From the NCBI GenBank assembly GCA_963847445.1, contig CAWJZV010000025.1:1-64000 (forward strand): a stretch of 64,000 nucleotides of DNA, in the 5' to 3' direction. Within the stretch, counting starts at the first letter, position 1, and every line of letters starts with the position of its first letter. The position numbers were made by a program, and so were the translations under genes. Of this stretch, positions 40,626-51,251 are shown in pieces. This DNA comes from an uncultured delta proteobacterium (GTDB taxonomy: Bacteria > Desulfobacterota > Binatia > UBA9968). Under the pieces are notes generated by a model. The model worked only from the letters and a program-made list of their open reading frames with translations, searched no databases and was not told the origin of the DNA.

Positions 40626-43600
40626 ATGAGAAAATCCCTTTCCAATCTAACAACAATCGGGGTTGTTTGCGCGCTTTATTTTATTATCGGTAAGCTTGGG
40701 TCGTGGTTGGCCGCTGTCGATCCAAACGCAACGGTAGTTTGGCCGCCAACAGGCTTTGCGCTTGCGGCTGTTCTCCTGCTCGGACAGCGCGTTTGGCCGG
40801 CAATCCTGTGCGGCGACGTTCTGCTCAATGTAACCACGATTGGATCATTTGAGACCTCGCTTGGCATCGCGGCGGGAAATACCGTCGAAGCGCTTGTCGG
40901 CGCCTGGCTCGCTAGCCGCTTCGCTAACGGTGGTAGCGCGTTCGATCGAGCCAGTGATGTTGTCAAGTTTGTTGCGCTTGCCGGCCTGACGAGCACAGTA
41001 ATCGGCGCCACGTTCGGCGTGACTAGCCTCTGCCTAGGCGGATTCGCCCGTTGGGATGATTATTTGGTCCTATGGGCCACCTGGTCGCTCGGCCATTTGA
41101 CCAGCAATCTAGTCATAGCTCCGCTGATCCTGGTCTGGACGGTGACGCCCTTGCCTCATTGGCAGCCCCGTTCGGCGATCGACGCCGTGTTCTTGTCGCT
41201 GCCGGTCTTGGTTGTTGGCCAGATGGTTTTCGGAGCGTGGGTTTCAAGCGATAGCAAATCTGATCCGATAGTATTCTTGTGTATTCTACCGCTTTTTTTG
41301 GCCGCGCTCCGGTTCGGCCAACACGGGGCGGTAACGGCGACCTATGCGATGGCGGCATCGGCAATCTGGGGTACCCTGCATGGATTCGGTCCTTTTGCGT
41401 TAGCAGACGCTAATGAGTTAGTTTTCCTGTTACAAACATTTTTGGCTACGATCGCTGGAGCTACCCTCGTCCTCACCGCCGTTCTCTCCGAGCACAAACG
41501 CACCGAGGAGCTATTTCACTTGGTGGTGGAGTCGGTGCCCAACGGGTTGATGATGATCGATCACAATGGACTGGTCGTCCTGGCCAACCCTCAGATGGAG
41601 AGGATGTTTGGTTACTCCAGCCAGGAATTGCTCGGCCAGCCGGTCGAGACATTAATAGTAGGGGGGTATCGTGACCAACACCTGGGGCATAGAGAAGAAT
41701 TTTTTACCGATCCGAAAGTGCGGTCGATGGGTGCCGGAAGGGATCTCTTCGGTTTGCGCAAAGACGGCAGTGAATTTCCCGTAGAAATCGGCTTGAACCC
41801 GATTAACACGCCTGAGGGCGCCCAGGTCTTAGCTTCGGTTATCGATATTACTGAGCGTCGCGCGTACGAGTCTCGGTTACAGCATAGCGAGGAGCGGTTT
41901 CGCTCAATGATCGAGAATGTTAAAGATCACGCGATTTATATGCTCGATCCCGAGGGACGCGTGCTCACGTGGAACCAAGGTGCCCAACGAACTAGGGGTT
42001 ATCGCGACCACGAAATCATCGGTAAGCCTTATGATGAGCTTTTTCCAGCCGAGGATCGGGCGGCCGGCAGAGCCCAAGAACTTTTAGCAACGGCGCTAGC
42101 CGAGGGTCAATGTGAAACGGAGGGTTGGCGCGCGCGTAAGGACGGCTCCAAGTTTTGGGCCAGCACCATCATAACCGCGGTGCGCGACGCTGACGGAAAG
42201 CTCATCGGTTTTTCCAACGTTACCCGGGATCTAACCCGGTGGAAGCGGATTGAGGACGAGCTGACGTTGGCCAAAGAAGAGGCTGACGCGGCGAATCAGG
42301 CCAAATCTGATTTCTTGGCGAATATCAGCCACGAGATTCGCACGCCGATGGCCGGCGTGATCGGTATGTCTGGGCTGCTGTGTGACACCGAGCTCACTGC
42401 TAAACAGCGGGAATACTGCGAGATTATCAGAGGTTCCGGCGAATCTTTGCTGACCATCATCAACGAGCTCTTGGATTTTTCCAAGATCGAGTCCGGCATG
42501 TTGGAGCTCGAGATAATCGATTTCGATCTGCGCAGCGCGATGAAAGAATTTGTCGAGTTATTTGTCCGCGAGGCCGACGACAAAGGGATTGAGCTGATCA
42601 ATTTTATCCACCCCGACGTGCCGGCGAATCTAAGAGGCGATCCGGGACGATTACGGCAAATCCTCTCCAATCTGGTCGGCAACGCGCTCAAGTTTACGAC
42701 CAAGGGAGAAGTGGCCGTTTGGGTCGAGGTCGTCGAGCAGAATCAGAATTCGATTAACTTACGCTTCGCAGTGAACGATACCGGGATCGGCATCGCCAAA
42801 GACAAAATCGACAAGCTATTCAACGCTTTTACTCAAGCCGACTCCTCGATCACGCGGAAGTATGGCGGCACGGGACTGGGCTTGGCGATCTCAAAAAAAT
42901 TCGTCGACCTTATGGGTGGCCAGATCGGTGTCAGCAGCGAGGAAGGTCGTGGCAGTAGTTTTTGGTTTACCGTGGAGTTGGAAAAAGGCCATTTGACTGA
43001 GCCGGCACGCCAGATTCATGTGGAATTAAGCAGGATGCGCATGCTGATCGTCGATGACAGCTCAACCCATCGAGCGTTGCTGGAAAGCTACCTAAGTTCA
43101 TTGGGCATCGCCAGCCAGAGCGCCGCCGACGCGACGTTTGCGCTAAAATTATTGCGCGCATCCGCGCAACGCGGCGAACTGCCGGACCTGGTCTTGTTGG
43201 ATTCATCGTTGCCGGGTACGAATGCTCCCGAATGGGCGCGGGCGATCAGGCGCGAGAATGGGTTGAGTCGGCTGAAGCTTTTGCTGATGACTACGGCGAG
43301 CCAGCGGTTCGATCTTGGGGTATACGATAACGGCGGTATCGACGGATTTCTCACTAAGCCCATCGGTCTTGCACCATTGATCGAGTGTTTGGCCGTGGTG
43401 ACGGGAAAAGCGCCGAAGGTTGACGCTTCAACGGCGATACCTTCGCGACACAGCAGACCGGCGCTTGCGGCGCAGCAGCCGCTGCGCATTCTCGTCGCCG
43501 ACGATAATTACATCAATCAAAAGGTGGCGGTGAGTTTGCTCGAGAATCTCGGCCATCGGGCCGACGTGGTGGCCAATGGGCACGAGGCGATAGAGGCTTA

Positions 43601-44261
43601 CAGGCTGGTTCCTTATGACATGATTTTGATGGACGTGCAGATGCCGGAAATGGATGGCCTTGAGACCAGCCGGAAAATTCGCGCGCTCGAGAAAACCAAG
43701 AACCGCCATACACCGATCATCGCGATGACCGCGCATGCCAGGAAAGAAGACCAGGAAAAATGTTTGGCGGCGGGCATGGACGATTACGTTTCGAAGCCGG
43801 TCAACCCGCGGGAATTGAAAGCCGCCATCGCGCGCAGAACCGCCGCATCGATGACGATCCCCCCAATTGAGCCTCCAACACTAGCGCCAGCGCATGCCGA
43901 TGTCCTCAACTTCTCGCATGCCTTAGAGTTGGTCGATGGTAATCGCGAACTGCTTTGCGAGGTGGCGCGCATCTTTCTCAACCAGTATCCCAAAGCACTG
44001 GCAGAAACCCGGCGCGCGCTGGCGCAGGAGGATTATCAAACACTGACCAGCACGGCGCACAACTTGGTCTCATCGGTGGGACAATTAGGCGGCCAAAGGG
44101 CCGTGGCGGCAGCGCGCAAACTAGAACTTATTAGCAGCGACGGCGATCGTTCCCAGGTTCCGGCTGCGCTCGCGGAACTTGAGAGAGAACTCTTGTGGCT
44201 CAAATCGGCGATGTCCAATCCGGCTTATTTTCGCTTACCGCCCGCCGAGGCGCTGCACTGA
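40626..44261 (+). CDS. Hybrid sensor kinase MASE1-PAS-PAS-HisKA-HATPase-REC-REC-HPt
   Basis: VWPPTG MASE1; RKDGSEFPVEI; SHEIRTPM; GDPGRLRQIL.NLVGNALKFT; GGTGLGL; MDVQMPEMDG; AHNL. Confidence 0.95.
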   Translation: MRKSLSNLTTIGVVCALYFIIGKLGSWLAAVDPNATVVWPPTGFALAAVLLLGQRVWPAILCGDVLLNVTTIGSFETSLGIAAGNTVEALVGAWLASRFANGGSAFDRASDVVKFVALAGLTSTVIGATFGVTSLCLGGFARWDDYLVLWATWSLGHLTSNLVIAPLILVWTVTPLPHWQPRSAIDAVFLSLPVLVVGQMVFGAWVSSDSKSDPIVFLCILPLFLAALRFGQHGAVTATYAMAASAIWGTLHGFGPFALADANELVFLLQTFLATIAGATLVLTAVLSEHKRTEELFHLVVESVPNGLMMIDHNGLVVLANPQMERMFGYSSQELLGQPVETLIVGGYRDQHLGHREEFFTDPKVRSMGAGRDLFGLRKDGSEFPVEIGLNPINTPEGAQVLASVIDITERRAYESRLQHSEERFRSMIENVKDHAIYMLDPEGRVLTWNQGAQRTRGYRDHEIIGKPYDELFPAEDRAAGRAQELLATALAEGQCETEGWRARKDGSKFWASTIITAVRDADGKLIGFSNVTRDLTRWKRIEDELTLAKEEADAANQAKSDFLANISHEIRTPMAGVIGMSGLLCDTELTAKQREYCEIIRGSGESLLTIINELLDFSKIESGMLELEIIDFDLRSAMKEFVELFVREADDKGIELINFIHPDVPANLRGDPGRLRQILSNLVGNALKFTTKGEVAVWVEVVEQNQNSINLRFAVNDTGIGIAKDKIDKLFNAFTQADSSITRKYGGTGLGLAISKKFVDLMGGQIGVSSEEGRGSSFWFTVELEKGHLTEPARQIHVELSRMRMLIVDDSSTHRALLESYLSSLGIASQSAADATFALKLLRASAQRGELPDLVLLDSSLPGTNAPEWARAIRRENGLSRLKLLLMTTASQRFDLGVYDNGGIDGFLTKPIGLAPLIECLAVVTGKAPKVDASTAIPSRHSRPALAAQQPLRILVADDNYINQKVAVSLLENLGHRADVVANGHEAIEAYRLVPYDMILMDVQMPEMDGLETSRKIRALEKTKNRHTPIIAMTAHARKEDQEKCLAAGMDDYVSKPVNPRELKAAIARRTAASMTIPPIEPPTLAPAHADVLNFSHALELVDGNRELLCEVARIFLNQYPKALAETRRALAQEDYQTLTSTAHNLVSSVGQLGGQRAVAAARKLELISSDGDRSQVPAALAELERELLWLKSAMSNPAYFRLPPAEALH

Positions 44262-44552
44262 TATTCCAGACCTCGCTATTGCCTATTGTCATCGCCTGCA
44301 CACCGCGGCTGGAGTGATATTGGCGCCTTCCGGGTACTGCGACCGCATGATCACGTCGATAAACGACAGCAGAGATTCATCACGGTTTTTTCCCTCCAAC
44401 CGCCCTACCGAGGCAACCGTCTGAATCAATTCGACGGCGAATGACACCACTAAGTATCTGGCGATTCTGTACAATTTTGTCCATATATTGTTCATTTTTG
44501 CACAACAATCTCTTTTCGCTCCCGGAAATTGCTAAATAGCTGCCAATTTTTT

Positions 44553-44568
44553 TGGCCCATTTGTTGCG
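44553..44568 (+). promoter_or_regulatory. Possible sigma54 promoter
   Basis: TGGCCC-ATTTG-TTGCG in AT-rich DNA upstream of the second kinase. Confidence 0.45.
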
Positions 44569-44812
44569 CATCGACAAATTCGCAGGAAGCAATGCGTGTT
44601 TCAGGCAGCCAGTGGTCAGGAATCGACCTATTTCAGTCGATCCGGTAAATGCAATGAATCATGGATCCCCTCAGAGCAGCCTAGGTAATAGCGTTGACAG
44701 CAGCGCTTTTCACTGGACATCAAGTGGGTTAGCCATGATTGGGCAAACCCATCCGGGCTAAGAGTCGATGCAAGTTGAATCTAGGTAACAGCATCGACCG
44801 ACAAGATATCGT

Positions 44813-47800
44813 ATGCGACTGACGGTGATCCATAAGATTGGCTTGGCTCTGGCCGTTGTTTTACTCCTCGGACTGATGCCAGTGCTGATGATCTTTAATG
44901 GTCTTAAGCAGCTGGAGCAGACAGTCGGCCAAGTGACCGATATCGACGAACCGATCAGCGCCGCCGCCTACGAGATGGAAATCAGCACGATCGCTAGCGG
45001 CATGGCGGTACTCAAGTATCTGGAGACCGGTGACGCCGAATACCGCGCGCAGCTGGCGCAACATGAGGACGACTTTGGCAGATTCAAGGCCCAGTACGAC
45101 CGCGTAGTTGGCACCGAGACGGGCAAGGCGTTGGGACAAAAGATCGTCGTTCTTTACCAGAAGTTCAAGACTCTCGGTAAAATCTTGATGGACCGAAAGG
45201 ATGAACAAGAGCTGATCTTTAGCAAAATTGGCGCGGAGTTTGAGAAATTAGACGAGATCGTCGACAAAAAAATACAGGCAAAAATAGACCGACGGGGAGC
45301 GGACGGAATCGACAAGACCATACGAGCGGGGAAAATGGAGGCCAATATTGCCGAGATCGGCGCCTGGCTGGGCAACTATCTTCGAACTCCAAAAAAGCGC
45401 TACAAGGAGCGTATTTTTGCCAATGCCAACGATTTTCTGGAGGAGCTTGGACAATTCAAAAAGCTCAAATTGACCGAAGCGGAAATACACTGGACAGGAG
45501 AGCTGGCAAAAGAGTTTAAGCGCAACCTGCTCCTGGTTCAAAGGGTTCTGGTGGTTCACAACTCCCAGCAAACCAGCCTCGATTCGTTCCTCGATCTACG
45601 AGCGAAGATGGACGACCTGCTGGATGATCAGATCCAGCTCTTGGCCGTGAAAAATCTTGTTGAATCTAAAAAACGGGCGGCTCAGGCATCGGCTTATGCC
45701 GTCCGCATGGCCGTCGTTTTGGTCCCTTTATTTATACTGTGCGCTATCGGCGCCGTCCTGCTTATCATGCGTAGCATTAAAAGGCCGCTTAAGCAGTTGA
45801 TGGACGGTACTCAAGCCATTGCCAAGGGTGACCTAACCTATCGCTTGGTTCCAAGAGGTACGGATGAGTTTGGCGAATTGGCAGAGAATTTCAACCGGAT
45901 GGTAGTTCAATTAGACGCCACAACCGTTTCTAAAGTTTGCTTAGAGGCAAGTGAAGAAAAGTTGCGGGTCGCTAATGCCAGTTTGATTGAAGACATCTCC
46001 GAGCTCGAGGCGATGGAGGAGCGGTTGCGGCAAAGCGAAGCGCGTTTCCGATCGATGATCGAAAATGTCAAAGACCATGCGATTTTTATGTTGGATGCCG
46101 GCGGCCGGGTGATGACCTGGAACCAAGGAGCCGAATCGGTCGGAGGATATCGGCTCGAAGAAATTATCGGCAAATATTTTTCTTGTTTCTATACGGCCGA
46201 AGATATTCATAGCGGAAAACCGCAGCGAATTTTAAACACCGCCATGGCCGGCGGCTACTGCGAGGATGAGGGTTGGCGCATACGCAAGGACGGATCGAGG
46301 TATTGGGCCAATGTGGTGATCACCGCGGTGCGCAATGGCGGGAACGAGCTGCTGGGCTTTTCAAACGTGACCCGGGATCTGACTCGTCGTCGGCGCGTAG
46401 AGGTGGAGTTGCAAGCGGCCAAAGAAAACGCCGAATCCGCCAATGAAGCGAAGTCTAGTTTTCTCGTCAATATCAGCCATGAGATTCGCACACCGATGAC
46501 GGGAATCCTCGGGATGGCGGGATTATTATCGGAGACCGAATTGACGCCCAGGCAGAAGGAATTTTGCGACGTCATCAAGCAGTCCGGCGACGCGCTCTTG
46601 ACGATCATCAACGAACTATTGGATTTTTCCAAGATCGAGTCGGGCAAGATGGATCTCGAGATCCTCGATTTCAATCTGCGCAGTGTGGTCGACGACGTAG
46701 TGGCGCTGTTCGCCAAGCAAGCGGCGGATAAGGGCGTGGACTTGGTCCACTCGATGAACGCCACAGTGCCCTCGGAGCTGCGCGGCGACCCAGGGCGGCT
46801 GCGCCAGATCCTGGCGAATCTGGTCGGCAACGCGCTCAAGTTTACTAACCAAGGGGAAGTGGTGGTTGAGGTGACGGTGGAGGAGACCGGCGGGGAGTGG
46901 GCCAAACTGCGTATCGAGGTGAGCGACACCGGCATCGGCATCTCCGAGAACAAGATCGGTCAGCTGTTTAGTGCGTTCACCCAAGCCGACGCCTCGATCA
47001 CGCGCAAATACGGCGGCACGGGTTTGGGGTTGGTGCTTTGCAAGAAGTTCGTCGATCTGATGGGCGGACAGATCGGGGTGAGTAGTGTAGACGGCCAGGG
47101 CAGCCGCTTTTGGTTCAGCGTGCAGTTGGCCAGGAGTTACGACTCTCGCCATTCGACGCCGGTGCCGCATAGCCAGTTGCGCGGCTTGCATGTGCTGCTG
47201 GCGCAGGGTAAGCGCACGGCGCGCACGGTTCTAGAACACTATCTGAGTTCGCTGGGGATGAGCTACGACAGCGCCGAAGACAGTGCGGCAGCGCTGGAAC
47301 TGTTGGCTGGATCGGCTTCGCCGGGCAAGGCCTACGACTTGGCGATCATTGATGGTAACTCGCAGGTTAATTTGCCGGGGATGAATGGATTCCAACTGGC
47401 CCACGCCGTGAGGCGGGACAAGCGCTGGGATGGGTTGAAGCTGGTCATCCTTACCGCGGTGAGCAAACTCGGAGATGGTGAGCAGGCGCGGCAACCGGGC
47501 ATCGACGGATATCTGCTCAACCCGGTAAGCTTATCTCAGTTGGGCGAGTGTTTGGCGCTGGCGATGGGCGAGAGTGGGCAGGATGACGCATCGGCGGTGC
47601 CGATTACGCGGCCCGGCTTGGGAGAGGTTAAGGTACAGCGCCGGCTGCGCATCCTGGTGGCCGACGATAATCACATCAATCAAAAGGTGACCGCTAGTCT
47701 GTTGCAGAATCAGGGGCACCGCGCCGACGTGGTGAGCAACGGCAACGAGGCGGTGCAAGCCTACAAGTTGGTTCCCTACGAAATAGTCCTGTTGGATTTG

Positions 47801-48427
47801 CAGATGCCCGAGATGGACGGCTACGAGGCCGGCCGGCAAATTCGCTCGCTACAGCGCGAGCGCGGTCGTCATTGCGCCATCGTCGCGGTGACCGCGCACG
47901 CCATGGCAGGGTTCAAGGAGCAGTGCATCGCCGCCGGTTTCGACGACTACATATCCAAGCCGATTCTACCACGGGAACTTAAACGCGTCATCGTGCGCGC
48001 CGCTGCTAAAAGCTTCACGGAGGCTGCCGTAATAGAGCCGACCGCGCGCCATGCCCGACTCGAAGCGATCGACATTATGGATGCCCTCGCGCGCGTCGAG
48101 GGTAACCGCGAGCTGCTCGACGAGATCGCCAAGATGTTTTTGGATGAGTATCCAAGACTTCTAGAGGAAATCCGTCAAGCCTTGTCAGCGGCCAACTGCA
48201 AGACGCTGACCGGCGCGGTCCATACGCTCGGCTCTTCAGCGGGACAGGTGGGTGCCGGTCATGCGCTCGCCATCGCCCGGGCGATCGAGGAACTGGGATC
48301 GCACAATGACTTGGCAAGCGTTTCGCCAGCCCTCGCCGAGCTCGAAGCGGAGCTGTCGTTAGTCCGATCGGCGCTCAACGAGCGCGGCTTTGGCTTGCGC
48401 GACTCTCCACGACAGTCGATTCATTGA
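44813..48427 (+). CDS. Hybrid sensor kinase: helical periplasmic sensor-HAMP-PAS-HisKA-HATPase-pseudoREC-REC-HPt
   Basis: Two TM helices, DEFGELAENFNRM, SHEIRTPM, GGTGLGL, LDLQMPEMDG, VHTLGSS. Confidence 0.95.
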   Translation: MRLTVIHKIGLALAVVLLLGLMPVLMIFNGLKQLEQTVGQVTDIDEPISAAAYEMEISTIASGMAVLKYLETGDAEYRAQLAQHEDDFGRFKAQYDRVVGTETGKALGQKIVVLYQKFKTLGKILMDRKDEQELIFSKIGAEFEKLDEIVDKKIQAKIDRRGADGIDKTIRAGKMEANIAEIGAWLGNYLRTPKKRYKERIFANANDFLEELGQFKKLKLTEAEIHWTGELAKEFKRNLLLVQRVLVVHNSQQTSLDSFLDLRAKMDDLLDDQIQLLAVKNLVESKKRAAQASAYAVRMAVVLVPLFILCAIGAVLLIMRSIKRPLKQLMDGTQAIAKGDLTYRLVPRGTDEFGELAENFNRMVVQLDATTVSKVCLEASEEKLRVANASLIEDISELEAMEERLRQSEARFRSMIENVKDHAIFMLDAGGRVMTWNQGAESVGGYRLEEIIGKYFSCFYTAEDIHSGKPQRILNTAMAGGYCEDEGWRIRKDGSRYWANVVITAVRNGGNELLGFSNVTRDLTRRRRVEVELQAAKENAESANEAKSSFLVNISHEIRTPMTGILGMAGLLSETELTPRQKEFCDVIKQSGDALLTIINELLDFSKIESGKMDLEILDFNLRSVVDDVVALFAKQAADKGVDLVHSMNATVPSELRGDPGRLRQILANLVGNALKFTNQGEVVVEVTVEETGGEWAKLRIEVSDTGIGISENKIGQLFSAFTQADASITRKYGGTGLGLVLCKKFVDLMGGQIGVSSVDGQGSRFWFSVQLARSYDSRHSTPVPHSQLRGLHVLLAQGKRTARTVLEHYLSSLGMSYDSAEDSAAALELLAGSASPGKAYDLAIIDGNSQVNLPGMNGFQLAHAVRRDKRWDGLKLVILTAVSKLGDGEQARQPGIDGYLLNPVSLSQLGECLALAMGESGQDDASAVPITRPGLGEVKVQRRLRILVADDNHINQKVTASLLQNQGHRADVVSNGNEAVQAYKLVPYEIVLLDLQMPEMDGYEAGRQIRSLQRERGRHCAIVAVTAHAMAGFKEQCIAAGFDDYISKPILPRELKRVIVRAAAKSFTEAAVIEPTARHARLEAIDIMDALARVEGNRELLDEIAKMFLDEYPRLLEEIRQALSAANCKTLTGAVHTLGSSAGQVGAGHALAIARAIEELGSHNDLASVSPALAELEAELSLVRSALNERGFGLRDSPRQSIH

Positions 48428-48521
48428 GCTGCGACAGAGCTGCCGACTGCGGCACCATGCGAGCTAAATGAGTCCGTTTGGACACGCAGCACCGGGTAGC
48501 GAGGCGACCGCGTGCAACATC

Positions 48522-48640
48522 GTCTGTGTGTCCTCGTGGTTGACACCCACCACTTCAAGTAAAAGTTACCGCTAGTTTGCTCGAGAGAATGGGCCACCGG
48601 GCCGATGTCGTCAGGGACGGCAAAGAGGCGGTAGCCGTTC
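48522..48640 (+). pseudogene. Degraded REC-domain fragment homologous to the kinases' last receiver domain
   Basis: RLCVLVVDTHHFK* then KVTASLLERMGHRADVVRDGKEAV, versus RLRILVADDNHINQKVTASLLQNQGHRADVVSNGNEAV. Confidence 0.75.
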
Positions 48641-48934
48641 AAATTCATCTGTTAGTTAGCCTTCGACTGAATCGGCATGAAATCTCAGGCAAGAGCGGGA
48701 TTTTTGAGAACAACCCGCCAAAGCGCTCGCATCTGGCTGTCGCAGTCTGCTATAAATTGCGGTGTTCGACGGACCGGCTGGGTAGGGTCTATGGCGCGCG
48801 GAAGAAGCCTGAGCTTTTGAGGAATTAGCAATCATCAGCGAGACTGAACAGGCTGGCCGGGGCTATAAGGGCACGACGAATAGTTGGAACTTCGCTGATT
48901 GCGGAAGTTAAGACTAAGCAAAGAGGTGCAGCGT

Positions 48935-49327
48935 ATGAAAATTGTCCACACCATGATCCGAGTCAACAATCTCGATGAGAGTTTGAAATTCTATTGCGAC
49001 GGCCTCGGTATGACGCTTTTAAAGAAACGTGACTATGAGTCGGGCCGCTTTACCAACGTGTTCGTCGGCTATGGTTCAGAGGATACTGATGCGGTCATCG
49101 AGCTCACCTATAATTGGGACACCCACGCTTATGACATCGGCAACGGCTTCGGCCATATCGCGCTCGGCGTGCCGGATGTCTACAAGACCTGCGATGAGTT
49201 GCGCGCCAAAGGCGTGAAAATTACACGCGAGCCCGGGCCGATGAAACATGGCAGCGGCGCCAACGCCATCGCCTTCCTCGAAGATCCCAATGGGTACAAG
49301 ATCGAGCTGACGACGCGGGCAGAGTAG
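48935..49327 (+). CDS. gloA: Lactoylglutathione lyase (glyoxalase I)
   Basis: HTMIRV...IELTYNWD...GNGFGHIALGV...REPGPMKHG...EDPNGYKIEL. Confidence 0.93.
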   Translation: MKIVHTMIRVNNLDESLKFYCDGLGMTLLKKRDYESGRFTNVFVGYGSEDTDAVIELTYNWDTHAYDIGNGFGHIALGVPDVYKTCDELRAKGVKITREPGPMKHGSGANAIAFLEDPNGYKIELTTRAE

Positions 49328-49616
49328 GGGACGACGAGGACATGCACGAGTAAGATGGTCGTAGAATACTCTGTATGTTGTAAATATACGGTCGAGTATA
49401 TGGCAACTATTCATTGCAGCTTGCGAGGCAACAGCGGGGCTCAAACGATAAGAGTGTTCGTTAAAGCAACGAACTAATCTACTGCCGTAATGTAATCGGA
49501 GCAGACTGCCGTTCGGAACTGAAATCGCTAGGATTGGGCGCGCAGTATGTCGCGGTTTGCTTGCCCGCCTTCGCACCGGCGACGGTGCAGCGCGACGCTG
49601 ATTAACTGTTCAAAAT

Positions 49617-50099
49617 CTACAAAAACCGCATCACCGCGAATATTCCGATCATCGCTAAGGCCATGGCGATTTTGAGGGCGGCGCCGAGGACTAAGCCGAT
49701 GGTGGCGCCGATGCCGGCGCGGGCGGCCTGGTGCAGATTTCTCTGGGCTGACAGCTCACCGATCACTGCGCCGATGAACGGACCGAAGATGACGCCGGGC
49801 AGGCCGAGAAACAGGCCGGCGACGAGTCCGATAAGAGCACCGATGATGGCGCGTTTGGATGCGCCGAATTTCTTGGCGCCAAACATTGTGGCCCAAAAGT
49901 CCACGGCGTAAGTCAATCCTGCCAAAACCGTCAGAACGGCTATCGTTCCCAGGCCGACGTAAGTAAAATCGTTAGCCCAAGCGCCGACAATGAGACCTAT
50001 TAGAATTAGCGGCGCACCCGGTAAGCCGGGTAGGACGAGTCCGACCAAACCGAGTCCGACCAGAAGAGCCGCACCGACCCAGTAGACAATGACTTCCAT
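49617..50099 (-). CDS. DUF456 family membrane protein
   Basis: GLVLPGLPG, GAKKFGASK, GPFIGAVIGEL. Confidence 0.9.
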   Translation of the reverse strand: MEVIVYWVGAALLVGLGLVGLVLPGLPGAPLILIGLIVGAWANDFTYVGLGTIAVLTVLAGLTYAVDFWATMFGAKKFGASKRAIIGALIGLVAGLFLGLPGVIFGPFIGAVIGELSAQRNLHQAARAGIGATIGLVLGAALKIAMALAMIGIFAVMRFL

Positions 50100-50142
50100 G
50101 GGTTCGCTTCGTTATCGTCGAGCCTGGTTGCGCTGATTCGTT

Positions 50143-50904
50143 TCAGCGCGGCAGCCTCTCAAGTTTCAGGCGCTGCCGTCGCCGCGTCGCGGGTGCGACG
50201 CCATGCCCCTTGAACTGCGTTAACCGCACCGCGATGACTTTGTAAACATCTGCGGAGAAGCCAAATCCGAGGTGAGTCGATATGACTTCGACATGTTCGA
50301 TGTTGGGAGTTTGACCGTCTATACATGCTTGCCAGGCCACCATCGAGTCCTTGCGCGAATAGATCGCCACAACCGGTACCTCCAGGTTGGCCATTTTACT
50401 GCGCAGCTCGACCTCGGCGGCGATGGCTTCAACATCGATACCGCGCTTGCGATAGGATTTCGCCGCAGCCGTGTATTTGGGGCCGCCGACGACCGGCGTG
50501 CCCAGGGTAATCACCAGACGAACGAGGTCGGGACGCTCGCGCGCCAGCTCGCGGGCCAAGTACCCGCCGAAGCTCCAGCCAATGATGGCGACCTTTTGCT
50601 TGCTCCGTCGGGATAAATTTCCCAACCGTCGCAAAAGCCGCGGCAGCGACTCGCTGGCAGCGCCGCGATTTCGACCCAGACCCCAACCCCGCGCTCGATA
50701 GCCGAGTAGACGCAAATAGCCCTTGAGAATCATCGTCGAGCCGTCGCCGGCGCCATAGCCAGGAAGGACGAGAATCGGTTCGCCGTTGCCGCGCGGCTGG
50801 CGCGCGAGGGAGGGAAATCTTAACAGAAGCCGCGGTAACTCGATCAGCCCGCGCGCTTCGCGCATCAAATGGGACGACGACGGTGGTTGGAGGATTTCAC
50901 TCAT
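50143..50904 (-). CDS. Alpha/beta hydrolase (esterase-like)
   Basis: VLPGYG, GWGLGRN, IGWSFGG, ITLGTP, YSRKD, THLG. Confidence 0.9.
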   Translation of the reverse strand: MSEILQPPSSSHLMREARGLIELPRLLLRFPSLARQPRGNGEPILVLPGYGAGDGSTMILKGYLRLLGYRARGWGLGRNRGAASESLPRLLRRLGNLSRRSKQKVAIIGWSFGGYLARELARERPDLVRLVITLGTPVVGGPKYTAAAKSYRKRGIDVEAIAAEVELRSKMANLEVPVVAIYSRKDSMVAWQACIDGQTPNIEHVEVISTHLGFGFSADVYKVIAVRLTQFKGHGVAPATRRRQRLKLERLPR

Positions 50905-51251
50905 GGGTTCCGGTGGCTCAACGTTGGAGGTTCGATGCTACCTAAAATCCGCTTGCCGAACAATGCCGATAGGTGCAGGCCGCCCTTCTCTGAGAGTTGG
51001 ATAGATGAGTGCCGGCGCGATCTCCTGTTTCATCCGGCTGCTGTCGGTGATGACCGTGGTCATGCCCATTTGAATCATTTCGCGCATTGGCGGTGATTTA
51101 CTATGCAAAACGTGCGCCGACAATGAGGAGGTCACGACTTCGCGACTCGGTAATTCGGTATCGCGGCTTGAATGACTTTCACTTCTTGTCCGATGAGCCA
51201 TTTCTCTATAGGTGAATTTCATCGGTCTAGACCTCTACGGAATCTGAGTTG

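Noticed and set aside
49330-49610. AT-rich intergenic stretch as a possible SOS box or sRNA
   Set aside because: No exact CTGT-N8-ACAG motif or recognisable RNA family structure.
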